Of a stretch of 64,000 nucleotides of DNA, positions 12,708-25,882 are shown in pieces. The notes below the pieces were generated by a model, which saw only the letters and a list, made by a program, of their open reading frames with translations, did no database searches and was not told the origin of the DNA. How positions within the stretch are numbered: position 1 is the first letter of the stretch; every line of letters begins with the position of its first letter. A program made the translations under genes and the position numbers. Source of the stretch: Plasmodiophora brassicae (lineage: Eukaryota); the NCBI GenBank assembly GCA_036867785.1, contig CP145409.1, forward strand, positions 744,001 through 808,000, given 5' to 3'.

Positions 12708-13082
12708 ATGAGCCTCCATCTTTGTGCGCATTGCCAGACGCCCTTCCTGAAGACTGCCCCAAACCATAAGTACTGTACGGACAGAGCTTGCGTCGCGGAA
12801 CGCCAACGACATCGTCGCCTTGACCGTAATTTACGGCGCCGCTATCGTCGCAACATCAATGCGCTGGCCATCCATGAATATGGCCACGTCCTCCCAGCGG
12901 CTGCCGTGGCCGCGTACGCGAACCGGGCCGTCGTTACCATAAGCGCCGACGCTAACTGTCTATCGCTGCTTTACACGTCTGCAGTGGAGGCGGCTGTCTC
13001 CGCTGTTAGGCGCGCCATCACCGACAACGAGGACGTCAGAAATGAGCATAAACCGAATGTCCGAGATTACGTCCGGTGTTGA
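12708..13082 (+). CDS. Small hypothetical protein with CxxC-x13-CxxxxC zinc ribbon and Arg-rich helix
   Basis: MSLHLCAHCQTPFLKTAPNHKYCTDRACVAERQRHRR. Intronless, terminates inside direct-repeat copy 2. Confidence 0.45.
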   Translation: MSLHLCAHCQTPFLKTAPNHKYCTDRACVAERQRHRRLDRNLRRRYRRNINALAIHEYGHVLPAAAVAAYANRAVVTISADANCLSLLYTSAVEAAVSAVRRAITDNEDVRNEHKPNVRDYVRC

Positions 13083-13165
13083 ATGACACAGCTGATGGCG
13101 AAACGTTGGCGAACTTGAACAGATACGCATGTAGACAGACAATCATCTGACCAGTCGACCTGAAG
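13033..13165 (+). repeat. 133-bp direct repeat, copy 2 (ends about 78 bp upstream of the SF3B3 ATG)
   Basis: Matches 12010-12142. Confidence 0.95.
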
Positions 13166-13242
13166 GCCAGACACGGCAGGTAAATCGTGAACTGCAATCG
13201 CGTCACGGAGTCCGCCGAAGTCGATCGGCAGTCGACGACGTC

Positions 13243-16200
13243 ATGCACCTGTACGCGCTGACCGTCAAGCCGGCGACGGCCTGCGTATCGGCTGTGTTCG
13301 GGTCGTTCTCCAAGCCGAGGGCGCAGGAGATTGTCATCAACCATGGTTTGTGGTGCTGTTGCAGGGCCCTGTGCCTGGATGGGTGCTAAATCTCGGCTAG
13401 GGTCGTCGATATCGCTGCAGCGGCATGACGGAGAACTGGCGCTCGTTTGCCATCAGAACGTATTCGGGTACGCCAATTGTACTATCGCAATGAACACACA
13501 GAGATAAACCGTGGAGTCAGGTGCGTTCGAGTCTGTGCCCCATTCCGGCTGACAGGTGCCGATACCGACTTCCTTGTGCTCGGCACCGACTCCGGCAAGA
13601 TATCGGTTCTCAAGTTTGATGCTAACGTACAGGCCTTCGTTAAGGTATGCATATTGTCATGCTGGCATGGCTGAAATGCCTATTTAAAAACGGTCAGGTT
13701 CACGAGGAAACCTTCGGCAAGACCGGCTGCCGTCGGATTGTCCCTGGACAATACCTTGCAGTCGATCCAAATGGTCGAGCTGTCCTTATAGGGGCCGTTG
13801 AGAAGCAGAAATTTGTTTACATCCTGACGCGTGATTCCAAAGCAAATCTCGTATGTACCTGCGCCAGCAGCAGCAGCAGTATCGGGGCTGACTGCAGGAA
13901 TAGGTTATTTCCTCTCCACTGGAGGCGCACAAGTCCCATACGGTTCTTTTCGACGTTGTCGGCGTTGACGTTGGGTTTGAAAACCCGCTGTTTGCGTGTC
14001 TAGAGTTGACATACCCAGAAGGTGCGGGTACATATTCACGCTGTTTGATGTCGTTAACATCCTGCATAGCCGATGACGATAGCGCGAAGGAACGACCTGC
14101 AACGATCAACAAGTCGTTAACATACTATGAGCTCGATCTCGGTCTTAACCATGTGACCCGAAAGCTTACTGTTCCGTATGTTTCCGTGTGGTTCAAACGC
14201 TATGCTGCCTGCCACAGTCTAACTTTGCTTGTTAAGCGTCCCTGAATCCGCGCATCGACTGGTTGCTGTGCCTGGTTCTTCTTGTGATGGACCTGGAGGG
14301 GTTCTCGTATGCTGCTCGGATCTCATCCTGTACCACAACCCTGAGTTTGGCAATTCGATATCCCTGCGCTGCCCGATGCCTAGCAGCACGCGAATGTCGG
14401 ACTCTGATACGAACCTAATCGTCAGCAGTGCAACTCATCGTCAGCATTCTACTTCGAAACAGAAAGGGTAGATTATTGCTCGGAAATGAATAGTCTCGAG
14501 ATTCTGATGTCCACCTCGTTTATAGATTCTTCTTCTTCCTGTTGCAAAACCAGCGCGGCGACTTGTTCAAGGCTTCTCTTGTGATGGATGAAGCTAGTGG
14601 CACCGTCCAGGACATTCTGATGTCGTATTTCGACACGGTCCCAGTTGCGACGTCTCTGTGCATATTGCACACGGGTTTCCTTTTCGTTGGCAGCGAGTTC
14701 GGCAATCATATGCTCATGCAGTTTACGTCTCTCGGCGATGTGGATCCCTCTGAGCAGTGCAGCACCTCCAACCAAGTCGCGTACACGCCGCGCTCGTTAA
14801 GCAACCTTGTTGCCGTCGATGAGATTGAGTCTTTGGCACCCGTAACGTCAATGATGCTGACGGATCTTGCTCGCGAGGGTGCCGCTCAGTTCTATCTGAC
14901 ATGTGGTCGTGGTCCTTCGAGCACGTTGAGGGTATTGCGCCAAGGTCTCGCTGTGGCTGAAATGGCTGTATCGGACGTCCCCGGTTCACCTTGTGCTGTG
15001 TGGTCCATTCGCGGTGCTCGCGACGAACATTTCCACAAGTACATCGTGGTTTCCTTTACGAATGCCACGCTGATACTGTCGATCGGCGAGACTGTTGAAG
15101 AGATCAGCGACAGTGGCTTCTTGAATGAGGTCCAAACACTCCAGTGCGGATTGATCGGTACAATGCGGTTTGACGACAGTCGTGTCAATGCCTAATCGAT
15201 TTTGTAGGGAACAACGTCATGGTCCAAGTATACCCTGGAGGCATCCGACTTATTCCGACGGCGACGAACCTGATATCTCAGTGGTCCCCGCCTGGAAACA
15301 AGACGATTGTTACTGCCGCCATCAATCAGACGCAAGTTGTGATTGCCATGACTGGTCGAAGTCGCACTAACCTGGTACTTTAAACGCTCTAACGTGTCTC
15401 GTAGGCGGGGAGCTGGCATATTTCGAGCTCGATGCCGCCTCTGATGCGCTGATTGAAGTTGATCGAAAGGACATGAGGAACGACGTTTCATGCCTTGCCC
15501 TTTCTGATGTCCCGCAAGGTATTTGTGTATTTTACAATCGACTCTACAGATCGTTGACATTGTTCACAAGGTCGCCAGCGCGCGAAGTATCTTGCAGTTG
15601 GATGCTTCGATCAGACTGTGCTGCTCTGCCAAGTTGATGATCCGGCTGCTCCCATGCTGCAGTTGACGATCCAGAGCGTTGGCGCGATACCGAACTCTCT
15701 TTTGTTGGCGGAACTGAACGGCCAGATGCAATTGCTATGCGGCCTTCAGAATGGTGTCCTTATCCGTTCTGTCGTCGACACATCCAACAACGCCCTCACT
15801 GATGCCACGAAGCGGTTCTTGGGGTCTCGTCCAGTTGGCTTGTTTCGCGTTGTATGCGAAACGATCCAGTGCGTTATCTGTATCTCGTCGAGATCTTGGC
15901 TTTGTTACTCGGCGCCGGGCCCTGGGGCCCAAACCGTTTCCCTTGTCCCGCTTGCGTACGAGCCGCTGGAGTATGCTGCGCCATTCCAGTCAGACCAGTG
16001 CACTGACGGTATCGTTGCCATTGCTGGTTCCACGCTGCGCATCGTTGCTGTGGAGAAGTTGGGTGTCCCATTCTCATCTTCCGTTGTACATCTGACGCAC
16101 ACGCCTCGCCGTATGATCTCGCATCCTGTGCATCCGAACCTGGCCGTTGTCATCGAGACGGATCATCGTCGCCCACTCGTCGACCGGGTTAGCTGGTCCC

Positions 16201-17696
16201 TCATGTTCGTGGTGCCATGCGGAATTAACCCTCTGTGTGTAGGACACGGATGAAGTGATGGCGGATGGCGATCGCCGGGACAGGTGCTTTGTATTACCTG
16301 TTACGTTTTGAGGAAACTGACCTGTGTTGTGTAGGGGTGACGATGAAGAGGATGAAGAGGAAGCCCTACCGTCTTCGTTTGCACAAGCTTCTCGGGGTCC
16401 CCCTGGAACTTGGACCTCCAGTGTGCGCATTATCGATGTGCTGAAGGGGCGGACAAAGCTGACCATTCCTCTTGACCCCGATGTTGCTGCGTGCTCGCTC
16501 GCATGTGTCGAGTTTGCCGACCGGGCGGGCGATGTGTACGTTGCGGTCGGAACGAGTACCAGTATGAAGCTGAAGCCTCGATCCGCTGCGTCATCGGCCA
16601 TTCTCCTGTACCGGTTCAACAAAGAGGGTACTCAGCTCGAATTCATCCATAGGTAGAAGACACGTTCTCGACGGGCAGCCTCATCTTTACTCAATGTATT
16701 TGTAACAGCACGCCAACCGAAACCGTTGCACAGACGATGATTCCATTCCAAGGCCGTCTCCTGTGCGGTATCGGCCCGACTCTGCGTCTCTATGATATTG
16801 GACGTGCTCGTCTGCTTCGAAAAGCGGAAAACATGAACTTCCTGTCGCCGATCGTTACCCTTCATGCCAATGGTGACCGTATCTACGTAACAACAGTTGC
16901 GGAATCGGTGCACGTCGTCCGGTTTCATCGGGCTGAGAAACAGTTCGACATTGTTGCTGACTGTACTGAACCGCGTTACACTGTGTGCACGTCGCTTCTG
17001 GACTACAACACTGTCGCTGGTTGCGACAAATTCGGTATGCGGCAATGTGTTCTTTCACCGTTTCGTCCCGTGTAACTGTGCTCGCAGGCAACTTCTTTGT
17101 TACTCGCCTGCCCGTTGATGCACAGGCGGACCTTGATGATGAAACGGGGCCAGACGTTGGGACTCCGGCAGGCAGCATATTACTGAAAGGCGCGGAGCAT
17201 AAAATGAAGACGATTGTGAACTTCCACTTGGGTGACATTGTCAGTTCATGTGCAATGTCCGCCTTCGTGATGCTGACCGTTGCTTAGGCGACATGCATTA
17301 CTAGGGGGACCCTTGTTTCTGGTGCCGTTGAGGCCTTGTTCGCGGGCACCGTTTCCGGGGCTCTGGTCGCGTTCGTCCCATTCCAAACGAAAGAGGTACG
17401 GCTTTCACGTGCACTCTCGTGCTGCTGTTATTGACGAGTAGCGGATTATCCAGGACGTCGATCTTTTCTCGCACCTAGAAATGCACATCAGGCAAGAAGC
17501 TCCACCGCTAGGTGGCCGCTCGCATCTTTCGTATCGGTCGGCGTACTTCCCAGTTAAGGATTGCATCGACCTTGATCTTTGCGAGATGTACGCGACTCTT
17601 CCAGAAACAACGAGACAGACCATTAGCTCCGAACTCGGTATGGAGCAAGCTGACCTGATCAAGAAGATCCAGGAAATGCGCAACCGTGCAATCTGA
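13243..17696 (+). CDS. SF3B3: Splicing factor 3B subunit 3 (SAP130/Rse1)
   Basis: MHLYALT...; VHEETFGKTGCRRIVPGQYLAVDPNGRA; YYELDLGLNHV; CGRGPSSTLRVLRQGLAVAEMAVS; GRSHLSYRSAYFPVKDCIDLDLCE. Many short introns. Confidence 0.98.
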
Positions 17697-17802
17697 TAGC
17701 GGACGGGACATCGCCAGCACGTGCAAAGTGTATAAAACTTTGTGCTTCAAACTGTACGTAGATTCATAGAGTGATGTATTTACACCGTGCTATCGTAGCA
17801 GA

Positions 17803-20651
17803 TCAGTAATTCCACCCAGAGCGAACATTCTCTTTCCGTTGGCGGACGCGCCCGGCCATTGCTACCGTCTGGGCACCAAACGCATTCTTCAGGCGCCTCG
17901 CCGTCCCTGGTATATGAGCGCTTGATGACCGGACAGCAACCCTGCGAGGTGTTGTGGCTGTCGAATTGGCATTCCGCTCCACGACGGTTTTGGCGGACGT
18001 CGATGCCTGGAGGGGTCGGTCCACACTGGACTGCGGTGGATCTCTGAAAGGCGGTGTGACAGTCCCGACTGTTCGCGTTGTCGGCTTTGATGCCATTAAC
18101 CGCAGGGTCTCGTCGAGCTTAGCTTGCAGCATCTGCACTCGCGATGATCAGGCACAAGGGCTGCGCGTCCAACAAGTGAAGCACACACATTGGCTCGTTG
18201 AATCGATGCAGCGTGGTTCGTTTCTAGACTGGAGATTTGTTTACGCAACGTGGCGACCGTTCCGTTCTGCGAACTTTGGCCCAGTTCGCCTAGCTCCACC
18301 TAACAAATGCTTCAGATTCTCGTGATTCTCTATAGCCAAATGACCCTATGGCAAATACCTTTCGGACACGATGAGCAAACTTGGCCGTGCAAACGGATTC
18401 CGGCAGGTCGGCGGCATCAGGACTCAGATGACACAGCATAACGGTTCGGCCGTCGCCGGCTAACGAACACACGTCAGCGTTGCAAATTGTCGACGAGCAA
18501 GAAACCCTCCCTACACAAGGACTCTTGAAGGAGGTGGGTCAGTGCAGAGTTGCGGTACGGGACAAAGATTGATGCAGTAGCCGCAGATGCCCCTTTCCTG
18601 ATGATCTCGTCCCATCAGGGGTCAGATCAAGCCATACGTGGGGCCAAACGTACCGGCGCTGAACGGATCTGGAATATAGCGCTGACATTACATTTCCAAG
18701 AGCAGACAGGGACCGGTTGATGGCCCCGGCTTCTTTCAACTGGCTACCGGTGACTTCCGATCGTGCGACACGTTCCTGTAGTAATGTTCAGCAATCGGAC
18801 GCGTGAGCAAGTTCCGTCGCAGTGCCTCATGCTATACCGATCCGGCCAAATCCACTAACGTTAGACGCGCATGCTGTACCCCGCCTTTCTCGAGTTGCAG
18901 CATGACTATCGAATGCGACCTGGCAACCTCGTCACAGACAGGCGACCCTCTCAGAAACCGCTTGGCAAATACCGCGATGATCGCTGGTTCAATGCAGTGG
19001 AGCTTGTTTGCCTGGCGGCCGCAGCTCGGTCGCACAGGACTAGAACCTTCGCGGACGTGAAGTTTCAGGCACAATGGAATGGAAATACTGAGAACGATAC
19101 CTCGTCGGGGGTGGAGACTCGATGTCTCGACAGTCCTGCTACGTGAATGTTCTCGTTATCGCCTCGGATCCGCAGCGACGACGTTTCAGCACTCCCGCCG
19201 AGTAAATCTCGCAACGTATCGTTGTAGATTTCGACGAATGACGCACTGACGCTGAAACGTTCTGAAACATCACTATGCTGCATAATCGCCTAAGTGGGGG
19301 GCGTAATTCCCTGGAAATGTTGGGGGACAAGTACCTTGGTAATCTCATCAAACAAGCAAATAATGGCCCGTTGAATCAGTCCGACCGTCGATGTTCGCGG
19401 GTCTCCCGACATGGTGTACGTTTTCCCTAAAGGCGCCTTTGTCATCCCAGCAATGCAATGCATTGTCAGCGGGCCGGGCTCACCACTGCCTGTCTGACCA
19501 TAAGACATGACGGTCACATGATATCCTTCGACGCACGACTGTATGAGGGGGTGAAACTCCTTCCATACTAGTGCAACGTTAGACGGTGCAAACATCAGGT
19601 CACAAGTTAGCATACCGTCGAGCTGCGTCGATCTACTTCCAAACACATGGTCAAACTCGTACGAACGGCAGCCTGAAATGCCATTAGCGCCCAAGTCTAC
19701 ATCATGGTCCGCTGTCAGGGTGAACCTTCCAGCGTGACCGTTCGTTGATCTAAGCAGGCAACTACAGGTTCTTGGTCGTCGGACAGTGGCGGCCGCAAGC
19801 GAACAAGAACTCTGCACCGGCGTGTGAGGCACACAATCGCCACTCATGCGTGATTCCCGACCGAATGTTGCCGCGAAGGTCGATGATGTCGTTGTTCAAC
19901 TTGCGGCACCTGTCGAGCTCACTTGCCAGCGACGCTCTCAGCTTGGCGTCTTCCTGACGAAGTGACTCCTGCACCACCACCGGTGTCAAACGTGCACCGC
20001 GAATCTAGTCGTGTGTCGGCCTGCCCCACCATTTGCTGTACGAAATCGTTGCCAAACTGGCTGAGTTCGCACTGCACGCGCCGCTGCACGTCTCGGATGC
20101 CGTTCCGAAGCATTGTGATGTGGTTGCAAAGGTGCGACTTGCCCAAACGTGCGACCACGTCGGGTCTAGCGCTGGACCTCCCGGTCAACAACGTTTTCAG
20201 GGCAGCAATGCGGGAGGTCAGGGATGTCGCCAGCCCGTTATTGTCTTCTTGCTGTACAGAATAACGGCCAACCTAAGTCGCTGGATAACGTTGTCGAAAG
20301 CACATGACGCCCGTTACGTACGATGGACGCGAGCAGCGCTGTGGATGCGGACGCGATGTCGTCTATGGCAGAGCGCAGGGCGGTATCGGTCGTGGCGTGC
20401 GCGGCGGGTAGGCCATGGGGGTCGGCGCCGCCCGCCCCCGACAACTGTTGGACCTGTACCTCCAGCGACCTAGCGTGGTCCTTGACGGCCCGCAGCTCCC
20501 CCTGGAGCTTCTCGATCTGCCTGTCCCGCTCGAGCAGCTTCGTGTTGTACACGCGGTGCAGCGCCATGGCCAGCGCCGTCTGCGGGCAGGTCGACGTCTC
20601 ACCCATCGATCGTTTCCGCTTCGGGGCGGCATCGCCTGCCGGCTGCTGCAT
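17803..20651 (-). CDS. Kinesin-14 family motor (N-terminal coiled coil, KIFC/KCBP-like neck)
   Basis: Neck RKLNNDIIDLRGNIR, P-loop YGQTGSGKTYTM, spliced switch I NQRSSRSH, LVDLAGSE, AINRSLSALGNVMSAL. Start approximate. Confidence 0.92.
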
Positions 20652-20878
20652 CGGTACGGGTCGCTCTGGGACGACGTGACCTCGATGCCCCCTGAGCCCT
20701 GCACCGCACCGCCGCGCAACCACCTGCGGCGCACGGCACAACGACGACGACGCACACGGCACACCCCTGTCCCGCGCCTCTGCTCATCTCGGTCCGCGTC
20801 ATCGCGCGCGACAGTACCTGCCGATACCTGTCGCACACACCGGCAGCAATCGACGGGCGTCGCACGTAACTTTAATGC

Positions 20879-21740
20879 TTAGTTGGACGTCGACGTGGTG
20901 GAATTGGCGGCGGGCGTGTCTGTGGAGGGATTGGGCGGCGAGCTGGTTGCGGAGGCGGGCCCCGGCGCGGGCGTCTTGCCCGCCGGCGGGGACGTCGACG
21001 CGCCCGATGCCGACTGTCCCAGCAGGCTGGATCCCAACCACTCGACGAGTTTCGAGATGGCGTTCATGCCGGCGTCGGAGTCGGACGCCGACGACGACGA
21101 CGCCAACGTGGCGCTGGCCGACGACTTGTGCTTCTGCTTGCCGGATCGTTTCGACGATGACGACGAGTGGCTGCTGCTGCTGCTGCTGCTGTTGCTGCTT
21201 CCGTCTGACGGCGTCGTGCCGTTCGTCATGTTGGACGCCAGGCGCTGTACGGCCTCTGAGACCGGCGCCGAGCTATTCGCGCTGGGCTGGCCAGGCGCGG
21301 GGTCGCTTGCGTTGGCGCCCAGCCACTGGACGACATCGGAGACCGGGTCGGACGCGTTCGAAGCGGGCTGGGCCTGCGCTGGAGACGTCGGCGCGAACGT
21401 TGCGCTCTTGGGCGGCAATGACTTCGCGACAGGCGCCATTGTCTGGTTCACGTTGCCGTTGTCGACGGCGATCGGCCACGACGTCGTGTTGCCGGGCGGC
21501 GTGGGCCTCTGGTCCGACGAGTTCCCTTGCTGGTACTCGAGGGGGATCAACGGGAACGGCACCAGCAGGTCGCAGGAGGCGCCGTCGGCGGAGATCCTAA
21601 GCGGCACGGGCGACGGCAGGTTCTGCTTGGACAGCCAGAACAGAATCCTTGCCATGACGTCGTGCGGCGTCGACGTCGTCTGCGGCGTGCCGACCTGCAC
21701 CAGCGGCCGACCGTCATGCTGCTGGCCTTGCTGGCCGACG

Positions 21741-21773
<33 letters not shown>

Positions 21774-22054
21774 GTATGGGTCGGCTGCCAGGGTCGTCGC
21801 GAGGCGCCCGTGTTGCTCGCGAACACGCGGCCGCTGATCATCGGGGCGGCAGGTGGCAGCAGGTGAACGCCTGAGCCAGGTGCGCCCATGGCGCTCATCG
21901 CGGCCTGCATCGGCGGGCCACCTTGCTGCTGTCCGAAGATGCCGAGTTGGGGCGTGTCGCATTCGGCGGGCGCCGGCATCTCGAACGACAGAGTGAGCGG
22001 CGACGCCAGAGCCAGGACGACGATGGCGAGCGGTAGAGTCGGGATCTGCTGCAT
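20879..22054 (-). CDS. Intronless predicted secreted low-complexity (Q/S/T/P-rich) protein
   Basis: Signal-peptide-like MQQIPTLPLAIVVLALASPLTLS, poly-Q, poly-S, several NxS/T sequons, strong GC3 bias on this strand. Confidence 0.75.
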
Positions 22055-22382
22055 GGGCGGTTGGGGCGATCGTCTTAGGGAACTACTAGGTAGGAGAGGT
22101 CGAGCCACCCGCGGGCCTCGTCCTGCCTGGCGAGGTTGGATCGGGTACGTTGTTCTGGAGGAAACGACTGCAATATGATTATGTGGGCGTGGGCCTCTGT
22201 GGCAATCTCGACATGGCGTCATGTAGAGTCGGGTCTCCAACGATATCCTCACCGCCCCAGTCGCGTCACGACCTCGTGTCAACTTTCACATGGCCTCGCA
22301 CGGTACCGCCTGTGGTGACTCAACCGACAGATTCTCTGCGAGCGTTGGGTCTTGCATTCGGAAACAGGCGTTTATATACGCG

Positions 22383-25300
22383 TCACTGGAACGAGACGTT
22401 GCGCTCGGACCGGCTTCGTTGCATGGCGTGTCGGGGCGACTCCAGCGCCACGTTGGCCAGCTCGGCAATGTTCTCGACGTCGGTGGGCGATTCGCCCGCG
22501 TTGATGCGCTTCTTTCTCTCGAGAACGGCGAACACGTTCACGTCGGGCGTGTACCGATCGTAGGCGAACACGAGTTCGTCCGTGTGGAACGGACGGTACA
22601 CCAGCGATGTCGAGACGGTCGGCGTCGTCGCAGTCGTCGTCGTCAACCGCTTGCCGCATCCGTCCGACGCCAGCTGGTTCAGGACGGCGTCGCCGGCACA
22701 GTGTTTCATCAGCGACATGCGCTCCAACTCGGTCTGGCCGACGACCAGGTCGGGCAGCGTTAGCGACGACAGGACGGGCCACATCTGGACAATGCATTTG
22801 GCGAATTCCGACCGCACCCGGATACGGTCGCGCTTGTCGGCCCGGGCCAGCGCCTTGAACACCTGGTCCCATCGTGTCGCCAGCGATGACAGCGCGTCCG
22901 TGTCTCGCAGGATCCGGTCGACGAACAGGCGCAGAGGGACCTCCTGCCGCTGATGGGCGGCAGCCGCCGGCACCGGTTGGGCACATCGAACCGTCGCATC
23001 CGCTGCCAGGTCCATGAAGGCGTGCAACGCGTTCACCGCGTGCGCAGGCACGATGACGTCATTCGGTAACCATCGCCACGACGCCGGCTTCAGTTTCTGG
23101 GCAGCCATCGCCAGCGTCAGAGTGCGATGTGGGCGCGCCGCCGTTGACCATCGTGTACCTTCCTGGGCGGCGCCGGGCCGATCTGCATCTTCAGGATCGG
23201 CGCGGGTTTGCCCTTGAACATGGACGAGACACGGCGCCAGCCTGCACGCCGCGCCAGGATCTCGTCGTCGTGGATCGGGGCCCGGGCCCGGAACGTGCCG
23301 CCGGCGACGGCCACCGACTCGACGACCTTCTTGGCGAGCATCTCGCCGGTCAGCTCGAGCACAGCGAACCCGCACGTCATCTCGGTGACCGCGCTGGACT
23401 GTTCGCCCTCGACCATCACGGTCAGCTCGGCCAGCAACGTCGGCTGTGGGTAGGCGGTCTTGACCAGCACATGGTGCAACGCGTCGCCGTCTGGAATATC
23501 GAACTTCCACCTGTCCTCCTCGTCGGGGTCCCACCGCGCCCTGACGACGTACTGGTTGGAGACGGGCCGGTCGCCGTCCAGCAGCGCGAGTCGCAGGCGC
23601 CGGGCCTGGATCCGGTCCCTGTGCATAACGGGCGCCGGGATGCCCTCGGCGCCGATGACCTCGATCTGCAGGCAGACAGCGCTGGCGATCGGCGCCAGCA
23701 CGCCCGTCGTCCTGTCGACGTGCACGTTGGCGAACGACAGGCCGAACTCGCCCGGCGCCGACGCCAACCGCGGGGCGACGCGCGTCCCCAGGTACGATCC
23801 CGGATCGCCCTAGGGCAACCGTCAGCGTGTCTGCCTGCCTCCCTGTGCACGCTCGCGCGGCTCCTACATCGAAGGGCGCAAGCGCCGACGGGCGGAACGA
23901 GGACGGCATCTTGGAGAAGGCGGCCAGGTGCTCGACGGGTGTGGGCAGATGGGCGCGGAACAGCTTCCGGGCGAGCGCGCGCGACGCGTCGTCGTTCCGG
24001 CTGAGGAAGGCCATGAACTCCTCGAAGTCGATGGTGCCGTCGCCGTTGACGTCGGCGATGCCGACGAGCTGGTCGATGCGCGTCCCGGACAGGTTCGGGA
24101 ACTGCTGGCGAAGGACGTGGGCGAAGTCGGCCCGGGCGATCTCGCCGTCGCCGTCCGGGTCGGCCCGGGCGAACGCCGCCTGCACGCGATGCAGCGGCAG
24201 GCCCCTGGCCAGCTCGGCGCTGCTCACCTGCCGATAGTACAGGGCGAACTCGTGGACGTCGAGCGTCCCGTTCCTGTCGATGTCCGCCTGCGGGCGAGGC
24301 ATCAGTGTGTGCACATGCTATTACGGGGGACGTCTCCCGACCTTTGCGAACAGGTCGTTGATCTGCTCGTCCGACGGGTCCAGCCCGACGGCGCGTAGCG
24401 CCGTGCCCAGGTCGCGAACGGCGACCCCGCCCGCCCCGTTGTGGTCGTTCATCGCCACGAACGCGTCGAACGCGCCGCGTATGTAGTCGAGGTCGTCGTC
24501 GTCGAATGCGTCAGGGGCGCCGCTGCTGTCCGCGACGACCAGCGCCCGGCCTGGCGCGACACGATCCAGCGGGTGATCCGGTGACAGCGATCGCCTGGGC
24601 CTGGCGTCCTCCGCCGGAGGCCTATCGGCGGGTTCGCCGACCCGCTGCGCGTCGACGTGCTCCATGGTCATCGTCCGCGCCCGACTGACGCTGGGGGGCG
24701 GCGACGCGTTCGCTTTCGGCGACGGCTCCGGCTCCTCGCCGTTGGTGGTCGTATGTCGCCTGGGGTCGGTCTGCGTCTCCAGCGTTCTGGGCGGCACCGG
24801 GGCCCCGTTGTCGTCGCCTGGGATCGCCAGCGCCGGCAGCCGGAACTCGCCGGGCCCGAACCGCACAGACAGGTTCTGTGGCGGCGACGTTGGTTCCGAG
24901 GCCTTCGGTCCAGGTGCGTCGTCGGGCACAGGAGCCTTCAGGTGGTGCTGGGATCGATCCGGCGCCGGGGCGGGTGGTGGCGACGTTGCGGCCGGGTTCG
25001 CGTCCGCGTCCTCGTAGCCGAGGAGCCGGTAGACCTTCGAGAAGTTGAAGTCATCGTTGGCGCGCAGGGTGACCAGCTGCGTCAGGTGGTGGACGAGGTC
25101 GTCGGGACCGGTGGCGCCCGTTGCGATGTAGGCCTCCTGGAGCGCGTCCTCAGGCAGCCCCTGCAGAAGGTCGTTGACGTGCTCGACGACGTACGAGTCA
25201 ATGGCGCCGATGACGTCGATGAACGCGACAAAGTCGTTGAAGTCGAGCTGGGCGCGCCCGGTCCCCTTGGTCTGGTCCGACAGGATCTGCCCGACCATCT

Positions 25301-25469
25301 CCTCGCTGTACGCGTAGTGCAGGGCGCGCAGACACGCTTGTGCATCGCCGACCGGCAGGACGCCGCCCTGCGCCGACCCGTCGAACACGCGGCGAAGCTC
25401 GCCCATCTCGTCGTCCGTGTACCCGACCTTGGGCAGCACCGACAGGCGGCCGATCAGCGTGCCCGACAT
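22383..25469 (-). CDS. NPHP1: Nephrocystin-1-like protein with N-terminal EF-hand repeats
   Basis: EF loops DIDRNGTLDVHE, DPDGDGEIARAD, DVNGDGTIDFEE. NPHP1-type motifs MPSSFRPSAL, RRLRLALLDGDRPVSNQYVVRARW, EMTCGFAVL, GGT, YRPFHTDE. Confidence 0.75.
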
Positions 25470-25882
25470 TGCCGTCGCCGCCCGTCAAGGCAACCTGCCG
25501 CTGGCCGTCGGACCACAGCCCACCACACGAACGTGTGTGACGTGTGACATGCATCAAGTGTCGACCGCGCTGTGGCCATCGTGCTTGTTGAAACGCTCCA
25601 CCCCCGGGGCGAGCAAGACGGGAGCGTTGACGTCACCGCCACACAGCGGCTGGGCATCCCGCCGCGAATGGCGGATGGTCGTCGGCGCCGTGTTGAGTCA
25701 CGTTCGGTCGGTCGGGGGCTGCCGTGACGTCACACGCGGGCGGGACATGACGTATCTGGTGGCAACGTATGGGGACGCCCCGCCACAATCCTATTCTCGA
25801 CGTATCCATCGAACGTTTATTATACGTTTTCGGGGCCTCTTTGATAACAAAGCGCCGACCGGCCACTGTTAATCTTGCTATA

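Noticed and set aside
12010-13165. LTR/TRIM retroelement
   Set aside because: The repeats lack TG..CA ends and I see no PBS, polypurine tract or TSD.
13243-17696. Frameshifted or pseudogenised SF3B3, or a non-standard genetic code
   Set aside because: The frame breaks I traced coincide with short GT-AG introns.
18832-19074. Kinesin with degenerate switch I (DEVARSH in the ORF track)
   Set aside because: Removing a GT-AG intron restores STALNQRSSRSH.
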